From Amoebidium appalachense (lineage: Eukaryota; Protista; Ichthyosporea): a stretch of 5,001 nt of DNA. The stretch lies in assembly GCA_963693365.1 (NCBI GenBank), contig CAVNZM010000142.1, forward strand, positions 1 through 5,001, given 5' to 3'. Positions 1 through 5,001 of this stretch are shown in pieces; within the stretch, counting starts at the first letter, position 1, and each line of letters begins with the position of its first letter. The notes beneath the pieces are model-generated. The model saw only the letters and a list, made by a program, of their open reading frames with translations. It was not told the origin of the DNA and did no database searches. Made by a program: the position numbers and the translations under genes.

Positions 1-1
1 G

Positions 2-130
2 AGAAAACGAACAACCCTTCTGCGAATCGACTTTTTGAAGGATGTTCTTTGGCATGACATGGGGTGCGACATTCTGTCGCTGCAGTTATATGAATCAGTA
101 CAGAAAAATAGGCGGCAGTGTAGAGAATAA
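2..130 (+). CDS. Possible 3' end of an upstream ORF (partial, hypothetical)
   Basis: Frame +2 is open from the window edge to TAA at 128-130 and reads RKRTTLLRIDFLKDVLWHDMGCDILSLQLYESVQKNRRQCRE*. The composition is protein-like and TG microsatellite sequence follows immediately. It is only 42 codons and I recognise no homology. Confidence 0.3.
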   Translation, partial: RKRTTLLRIDFLKDVLWHDMGCDILSLQLYESVQKNRRQCRE

Positions 131-162
131 TGTGTGTGTCACGCAGTGCGTGTGTGTGTGCG
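131..162. repeat. Interrupted (TG)n microsatellite
   Basis: tgtgtgtgt at 131-139 and gtgcgtgtgtgtgtgcg at 146-162. Confidence 0.7.
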
Positions 163-337
163 ACTGCCGGTGAAGGTGCAACTGTGCCCTGGATGGCGCA
201 GCATGTGAATATAATGAGGCCCACAGCCAGGGAGTCATCGGAGCACATGTCTGGTGTGCGTTGGGATTATGGTCGATAATATTGTTACAAATATGTGGGT
301 TTGGAGTGTCCATTAGGGAGCCAGCCCTACACTCAGG

Positions 338-352
338 ATATATATATATATA
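338..352. repeat. (AT)7 microsatellite
   Basis: atatatatatatata read directly. Confidence 0.85.
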
Positions 353-390
353 AGTATAAGCAGATACACGTCACCTGAAACTTGTTGCAC

Positions 391-466
391 TGAGTAACAA
401 TAATTATCTTACTCAAGGTACTGATTCTGAGTAACACAGACAAGTGTCCCACACTAGATGTTACTC
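391..466. repeat. Two short inverted repeats built on the GAGTAA/TTACTC motif
   Basis: tgagtaa 391-397 pairs with ttactca 409-415. gagtaaca 429-436 pairs with tgttactc 459-466 and encloses an inner agtgt-ccc-acact stem (443-455). ctgagtaaca is directly repeated at 390 and 427. Confidence 0.7.
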
Positions 467-522
467 GACCAAATATGGTAAAGGTTTCCTTTTTAGGTAT
501 AAAAATATGCAATTGTCATATA

Positions 523-659
523 GTGAGTAGGATGAGTAGGATGAGTACGTACTCATCTACTGTGGGCTACGGGTATACCTAAATCTCAATCCAAAAGGAA
601 ATTGGAACACCCGGGGGGAGACCAGATGAGTAGGTACTCAAGCTACTCATCCTACTCAC
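523..659. repeat. 36-bp inverted repeat (33/36 matching) with 65-bp spacer, built from GATGAGTAG 9-mers
   Basis: Left arm 523-558 is gtgagtaggatgagtaggatgagtacgtactcatct. The reverse complement of the right arm 624-659 is gtgagtaggatgagtagcttgagtacctactcatct. The left arm contains a perfect 18-bp palindrome, gatgagtacgtactcatc (540-557). Confidence 0.9.
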
Positions 660-668
660 CCCATCACT

Positions 669-886
669 GCCTATAGGCATGCTCCGTGTGCAGGGCACTG
701 ATTTCTACCCTCTTCTGGTTGGTGCCAAGAGGCAGTGCCCTACACGTGTGGTGTCCAAACAGCCTATAGGCATGCTCCGTGTGCAGGGCACTGATTTCTA
801 CCCCTCTTCTGGTTGGTGCCAAGAGGCAGTGCCCTACACGTGTGGTGTCTAAACAGCCTATAGGCATGCTCCGTGTGCAGGGCACT
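669..886. repeat. 93-94 bp tandem repeat, ~2.3 copies, each unit palindromic/hairpin-forming
   Basis: Units start with gcctataggcatgctccgtgtgcagggcact at 669, 762 and 856. Copies 1 and 2 differ by one C indel and one C/T change. The third copy is truncated at ~886. Confidence 0.95.
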
Positions 887-1030
887 AATTTGTTGTGCCT
901 TCCTTTTTTGGTTAGATCTATACCCGGCCAATGGTTAGCAGCCACGGGTTTGTTTTCATCAAGCTTGGACGTTAATACATACTAAGTAACAGAATGAAAT
1001 CACTCGCAAGTGTTATCCCTCATGATTGTA

Positions 1031-1387
1031 TCAATCCGTTTCATCCGGAGTCTTAGCGGACTGGCCCAGCCGTATGAGACAGGCCCGTAGAAAGTCCTTT
1101 TGCTTCTTCAGCTTGTCGTTTTCCAGCTGCAGCTCTTGGTTCTCCACCACCAAATTCTTGTTCTCTTCGCACACCTTGTTGCGCTCCTCTTGCAGGCCCT
1201 TGATCACCTCCCGCTGGTTCTTGTTCATTGTGCGCAGCGCGTCGTTGTCCTTGTCCATGTCGTTGTTCAACTCCCTCAGCTGCTGGATCAGCCCGTGCAG
1301 CCCCTCGTTGGCCTCCTTCAGCATCTTGTTGGTCTCTTGCAGCTGCTCGGTGTGTGCATCTTGGCGCTGTGTATCTGTTTCATCCAT
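1031..1387 (-). CDS. Hypothetical 118-aa leucine-zipper-type coiled-coil protein
   Basis: The start is in good Kozak context (acaATGG) and third codon positions are GC-rich. The heptad register is unbroken: d positions L16,L23,L30,L37,M44,L51,Q58,L65,V72,L79,L86,L93,L100,L107 and a positions N20,N27,I34,N41,N48,N55,I62,R69,N76,N83,N90,K97,L104. Confidence 0.85.
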   Translation of the reverse strand: MDETDTQRQDAHTEQLQETNKMLKEANEGLHGLIQQLRELNNDMDKDNDALRTMNKNQREVIKGLQEERNKVCEENKNLVVENQELQLENDKLKKQKDFLRACLIRLGQSAKTPDETD

Positions 1388-1433
1388 TGTGTCGTTTGCA
1401 GCCGGTTGGGCAGGAGGTGTTTAGTTTTTATCC

Positions 1434-1650
1434 ACGAAGCAAAGCAGTGTGAACAAAAAAAACGTCCCTCTTATTTTTACGAAGCAAAAGTGTGACCCAA
1501 AAAAAAACGTTCCTCTTACACAATGCAAAATAAAGCAAAATCCTATGATGCGCAAACACACCGTGAACTAAAAAAACTCGCCACTGATTATTTACAAAGT
1601 AAAGCAGTGTGAACAAAAAAAAAGCGCTCCTTACACAGTGCAAAATAAAA
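1434..1650. repeat. Degenerate direct repeats with A-tracts upstream of the minus-strand ORF
   Basis: aaagcagtgtgaacaaaaaaaa occurs at 1441 and 1601, cttacaca(a/g)tgcaaaataaa at 1515 and 1630, and acgaagcaaa at 1434 and 1479. Related gtga-x-A7-9 units occur at ~1490 and ~1563. Confidence 0.75.
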
Positions 1651-1667
1651 CACACACACACACACAC
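1650..1667. repeat. (AC)9 microsatellite
   Basis: acacacacacacacacac read directly. Confidence 0.85.
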
Positions 1668-2005
1668 CAAGCCATTTGTATCCAGCTCGGACCCCTTTTT
1701 GTGCGCACACTTCTGGTTGGTGTATAAGTATTGGATCCACGTGAGCGCGAGTTTCCTAAGTGCTGCTCAAAAAGTGACATGTTGTTCCCAGCAGGCAGTG
1801 CACCGATTCGCTATCAGTTGACATCGTGTTCAAGCAGTCAGCACCATGTGATTGTGTACTTTTCCTGACCAATTTTTGTATCCCTGATAGACAGAATAAT
1901 GCTCGTAATTGTTGGGAAGCATATTCGTGTTTTTTTAGGAGTTGCTACATCAAAATATATTGTGTTCAAACACTGACGGCCAAGTTGCAAAGATCGGATT
2001 ACAAT

Positions 2006-2202
2006 CCAATCTGTCAAATGACAATTCTCAAGTCAAAACATGCTCTTGTTGATCCAATCAGAATTCATCAATCAGTCAGCAGATTTGGTTGAGCCCCAAC
2101 TTATCGGATACACCAAGATGCCCAAATGACAATTAGCCAATCAGATATTCACGCGATCTCTAGATCCAATCAAGCGTCGCGGCTGGGGTATATCCAACCA
2201 AT
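2006..2202 (+). promoter_or_regulatory. Cluster of five CCAAT boxes (putative NF-Y/CBF sites) upstream of the TATA box
   Basis: CCAATC starts at 2006, 2054, 2137, 2166 and 2198, all in the same orientation. The 2137 site (TAGCCAATCAG) matches the NF-Y consensus well. Confidence 0.55.
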
Positions 2203-2243
2203 CTAATGCAATAAAGCATCTGATGCCAAAGCCGGGCACGGCA

Positions 2244-2251
2244 TATAAAAG
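2244..2251 (+). promoter_or_regulatory. Putative Pol II TATA box (TATAAAAG)
   Basis: Canonical TATAWAAR after a GC-rich stretch (gccgggcacggca), with pyrimidine-rich initiator-like sequence ~20-30 nt downstream. It lies 92 nt before the ATG at 2336. Confidence 0.6.
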
Positions 2252-2335
2252 CCCATACTCTCTTCAATCCACACACCTTTTCCATGTTAGCTAGCTTCTC
2301 CCTTGGCACACAACGTACATCCAACTGTCACGAAA

Positions 2336-3082
2336 ATGAGTTCTAACATCAAAGATCTAGAAAGGCGCGCTAAAAAAATAGAGACAAGACTCAAGACTTT
2401 GGAGGAGGATGCAAAGGTCCTGCGGGACACCCAGACCCGTTTCGCGTGCGCCCTTGCTAGGCACGCCCGCATGGCTTTAAGCAAGCGCACCACTACAGCA
2501 GCAACCGTGGCACCCCCAGCGCTGACCGTGGCACCCCCAGCGCTGACCGTGGCACCCCCAGCGCTGACCGTGGCACCCCCTGTCCTGGCAGCGGCACCTG
2601 CACTTCGTGCTGGCGAGCATGGCAGCTCCTATCCCGTGGACTTGTCCCCCCTGCCCCTGCAGCGCTCACGTTTGCACATCACACAGGGGTCCAAGACACG
2701 GGAGAAACCACGAAGACAGCAGAAGAGGACACGAGAGGAAGTCAGAAGCTCTGGGTCGGAGGAGGAGCACCATTCTCCAGTGCCTCCTTGGTTCAACTGG
2801 AAGACCTTCACACAGGGGTCCAAGACACGGGAGAAACCACGAAGACAGCAGAAGAGGACACGAGAGGAAGTCAAAAGCTCTGGGTCGGAGGTACAGGAGG
2901 AAGTGCCTCCTTGGTTCAAGACCTTGCTATGGGGACCTGAGGAGTACTCGTCTTCTGAGGAGCACTCGTCTTCCGAGTCCAAGACCTTGACACGGGGACA
3001 GCAGAAAAGGGCACGAGCCAGTGAAGCCAGCAGCTCTGGGGCGTCTTCCGAGTCTTCAGACGGAGATATCAACTGGCCTTGA
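2336..3082 (+). CDS. Hypothetical 248-aa protein: N-terminal coiled coil, TVAPPAL repeats, duplicated basic/acidic module, Ser/Glu-rich tail
   Basis: The first in-frame ATG is at 2336 (aaaATG, A at -3; the track starts at TTG 2303), downstream of TATA and CCAAT boxes. All internal repeats (21, 129 and 18 nt) preserve frame. The N-terminus IKDLERRAKKIETRLKTLEEDAKVL is heptad-like. Stop TGA is at 3080-3082. Confidence 0.75.
   Translation: MSSNIKDLERRAKKIETRLKTLEEDAKVLRDTQTRFACALARHARMALSKRTTTAATVAPPALTVAPPALTVAPPALTVAPPVLAAAPALRAGEHGSSYPVDLSPLPLQRSRLHITQGSKTREKPRRQQKRTREEVRSSGSEEEHHSPVPPWFNWKTFTQGSKTREKPRRQQKRTREEVKSSGSEVQEEVPPWFKTLLWGPEEYSSSEEHSSSESKTLTRGQQKRARASEASSSGASSESSDGDINWP
2504..2580 (+). 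repeat. 21-bp coding tandem repeat (accgtggcacccccagcgctg) x3.7
   Basis: Identical units at 2504, 2525 and 2546 and a partial unit at 2567. Encodes TVAPPAL. Confidence 0.95.
2679..2924 (+). repeat. ~129-bp intragenic tandem duplication (43-aa period)
   Basis: tcacacaggggtccaagacacgggagaaaccacgaagacagcagaagaggacacgagaggaagtca occurs at 2679 and 2808. Both copies end in gtgcctccttggttcaa, with in-frame indels between them. A degenerate third copy lies at ~2981-3040. Confidence 0.92.
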
Positions 3083-3109
3083 CACGGTGAAAAAAGGGGC
3101 CGCTATTAG

Positions 3110-3130
3110 AGAGTAGCCTCAGGCTATTCT
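3110..3130 (+). other. Short palindrome/hairpin just after the ORF stop
   Basis: agagtagcct-c-aggctattct has 10-bp arms with one G:T pair. It starts 28 nt after the TGA and sits immediately before the minisatellite. Confidence 0.45.
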
Positions 3131-3145
3131 AGTGCTTGTGTGCAG

Positions 3146-4114
3146 GTGTACTTAACATTGAGTGTACTTAGGGTGGGGCTGTGCAGACGTGTACTTAAAG
3201 GGTGGGGCTGTGCAGACGTGTACTTAGGATGGTGCAGACGTGTACTTAAAGGGTGGGGCTGTGCAGACGTGTACTTAAAGGGTGGGGCTGTGCAGACGTG
3301 TACTTAGGATGGTGTAGACGTGTACTTAAAGGGTGGGGCTGTGCAGACGTGTACTTAAAGGGTGGGGCTGTGCAGACGTGTACTTAGGATGGTGTAGAGG
3401 TACTTAGGGTGGTGCAGAGTGTACTTAGGGTGGTGCAGAGTGTACTTAGGGTGGGGCTGTGCAGAGTGTACTTAGGGTGGTGCAGACGTGTACTTAGGGT
3501 GGTGCAGAGTGTACTTAGGGTGGGGCTGTGCAGAGGTGTACTTAGGGTGGTGCAGAGGTGTACTTAGGGTGGTGCAGAGGTGTACTTAGGGCTGTGCAGA
3601 GGTGTACTTAGGGTGGTGCAGAGTGTACTTAGGGTGGTGCAGAGGTGTACTTAGGGCTGTGCAGAGGTGTACTTAGGGTGGTGCAGAGGTGTACTTAGGG
3701 TGGTGCAGAGGTGTACTTAGGGTGGTGCAGACGTGTACTTAGGGTGGTGCAGAGGTGTACTTAGGGCTGTGCAGAGGTGTACTTAGGGTGGTGCAGAGTG
3801 TACTTAGGGTGGTGCAGAGGTGTACTTAGGGCTGTGCAGAGGTGTACTTAGGGTGGTGCAGAGGTGTACTTAGGGTGGTGCAGAGGTGTACTTAGGGTGG
3901 TGCAGACGTGTACTTAGGGTGGTGCAGAGGTGTACTTAGGGTGGTGCAGACGTGTACTTAGGGTGGGGCTGTGCACCACAGTGTACTTAGGGTGGTGCAG
4001 ACGTGTACTTAGGGTGGGGCTGTGCACCACAGTGTACTTAGGGTGGTGCAGACGTGTACTTAGGGTGGGGCCGTGCACCACAGTGTACTTAGGGTGGTGC
4101 AGAGTGTACTTAGG
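3146..4114 (+). repeat. G-rich minisatellite, ~41 variant units of 20-29 bp, consensus GTGTACTTAGGGTGGTGCAGA(G/C)
   Basis: Nearly every unit starts gtgtactta and about 32 contain TTAGGG by manual count. Variant tails include ggggctgtgcagac, ttaaaggg, ttaggatgg, gggctgtgcagag and ggggctgtgcaccaca. Decayed units continue to ~4239. Confidence 0.97.
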
Positions 4115-4393
4115 TGGGTGTCTTGTGGTGAAAGTAAAGTTTATGGCATACAGGCAGATGTGTGCTTTAAGCCTTAGGGAACTGTGGGCAGACATGTCAA
4201 CACTTGGGCCTATGGGTAGACGTGTACACACTTAGTGTATTTGTTTGTGTCTCTCATGGTTATTTTATAGCATGAAGCACTGCAAAAAATGGTGTATGTT
4301 TCCGTGGTCCACGTACACAGAATCCTTTAATATGAACACAAGTGATTGTATAGAAAAAGAGTACGTACGTACATGATAGTCTAGTCAGATTAC

Positions 4394-4522
4394 AAAGAAC
4401 AAATCAACTTGGACCGAGTATATTCAAATACAAACTAAAAGAGAAAAGAAACAAATAAATCAAGACCGATCAATTCAAATACAAATCAAAAGAGAATGCC
4501 ACTTAGTCGACCAATCAAATCA
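4394..4522. repeat. Degenerate ~51-bp A-rich tandem duplication downstream of the minus-strand ORF
   Basis: gaccga..attcaaatacaaa..aaaagagaa occurs at 4412-4445 and 4464-4496, with a third remnant gaccaatcaaatca at 4509-4522. Confidence 0.65.
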
Positions 4523-4987
4523 GTACATCTCATGCTCATACTGGTCAAACTCTTCCTGGTCAAGATCAATGAGGGGAATTTCTTCAGTTTGTTTATGTTT
4601 GGGTTCAGGTTTGCGGTCATACACGACCGACTCACGATCAGACGCAGATTCGTCATCTGTCATGTCATCGAGTACCTGATTTGCCCGTCGTTTGAGCCGC
4701 TTGGGGTTGAATGCTTCATCGGAGTCCCAATCACATTGATCATGGACGTGTTTTAAGGGTGAGGCAGGTGAAGAGACAGACTCATTACCACCTGTGTATG
4801 CCTTCAAGTTCTTCTCCCGTCGCAGAATCTTCCTTCGGATGCTTTTTATGGTGTTTTGGGCTGCACACACAGCAGCAATGGCCAGGCCCTCCGCCATTTC
4901 ATCTTCAGCCGCCTTTGCCTCTTTGACACGCTCTCGAGCATTCTGGAGCTCCCCCCTCACACTAGTTAGCTGTGCATCGAGGTCCAT
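4520..4987 (-). CDS. Hypothetical >=155-aa protein: N-terminal helical/coiled-coil region, acidic disordered C-terminus with NLS-like and SIM-like motifs
   Basis: The start is in Kozak context (acgATGG), but the frame stays open to the window edge, so the ORF may be 5'-truncated. It has amphipathic helices (LDAQLTSVRGELQNARERVKEA; IKSIRRKILRREKNL), PKRLKRR and IPLIDLDQEEFD. An abrupt shift to AT-rich sequence follows the stop. Confidence 0.75.
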   Translation of the reverse strand: MDLDAQLTSVRGELQNARERVKEAKAAEDEMAEGLAIAAVCAAQNTIKSIRRKILRREKNLKAYTGGNESVSSPASPLKHVHDQCDWDSDEAFNPKRLKRRANQVLDDMTDDESASDRESVVYDRKPEPKHKQTEEIPLIDLDQEEFDQYEHEMY

Positions 4988-5001
4988 CGTATGGTCATGC
5001 A

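Noticed and set aside
95-313. 72-aa minus-strand ORF (likewise 1428-1670, 1609-1821 and 1826-2092)
   Set aside because: Short, with no recognisable features. They cross microsatellites, A-tracts or the putative promoter region.
523-659. MITE with 36-bp TIRs
   Set aside because: No target-site duplication is seen (left flank ...catata, right flank cccatc...), and the same motif continues outside the IR at 391-466. It cannot be fully excluded without a copy-number search.
520-886. Hammerhead ribozyme/retrozyme in the GATGAG-rich hairpins or tandem units
   Set aside because: I could not find the CUGANGA plus GAAA catalytic core in the required arrangement on either strand.
664-985. ORFs 664-945 (-) and 779-985 (+)
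   Set aside because: They run through the 93/94-bp repeat, whose 1-bp indel shifts frame between copies, which argues against coding selection.
1026-1495. Plus-strand ORFs 1026-1424, 1100-1495 and 1228-1452
   Set aside because: Antisense shadows of the 1031-1387 coiled-coil gene, whose heptad pattern and codon bias identify the real frame.
2287-3072. ORFs 2287-2493 (-), 2607-2990 (+) and 2629-3072 (-)
   Set aside because: Overlapping or antisense frames of the 2336-3082 ORF, kept open by GC-rich in-frame repeats, with no independent support.
3110-3133. Helitron 3' end (hairpin plus CTAG-T)
   Set aside because: The CTAG overlaps the hairpin arm instead of lying ~10-15 nt downstream, and there is no Rep/helicase evidence.
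3146-4114. CRISPR array
   Set aside because: Units are contiguous with only a few recurring variant tails. There are no unique spacers and no cas gene in the window.
3914-4235. ORFs 3930-4235 (+) and 3914-4231 (-)
   Set aside because: They arise from the 51-bp (multiple of 3) repeat period. Neither has an ATG at the annotated start, and the same frames are broken in the rest of the array.
4496-4926. Plus-strand ORFs 4496-4756 and 4711-4926
   Set aside because: Antisense to the more protein-like 4520-4987 ORF.

Overview
This window looks eukaryotic or like a eukaryotic DNA virus/endogenous element, not prokaryotic. The signs are Kozak-type starts, a TATAAAAG box with a CCAAT-box cluster, dinucleotide microsatellites and no operon structure. 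It holds three apparently intronless ORFs I do not recognise: 1031-1387 (-), 2336-3082 (+) and 4520-4987 (-, frame open to the window edge). All three have predicted coiled coils, and two carry candidate nuclear short linear motifs (PxDLS, SIM-like, NLS-like). A fourth ORF may end at 130 (+). The intergenic gaps contain structured repeats: a TGAGTA/TACTCA inverted-repeat cluster (391-659), a 93-94 bp hairpin-forming tandem repeat (669-886), and a ~1 kb G-rich minisatellite of ~41 variant 20-29 bp units, most containing TTAGGG, with higher-order organisation (3146-4114). No gene family, RNA gene, CRISPR array or transposase could be recognised. The viral/mobile-element interpretation is inference only.
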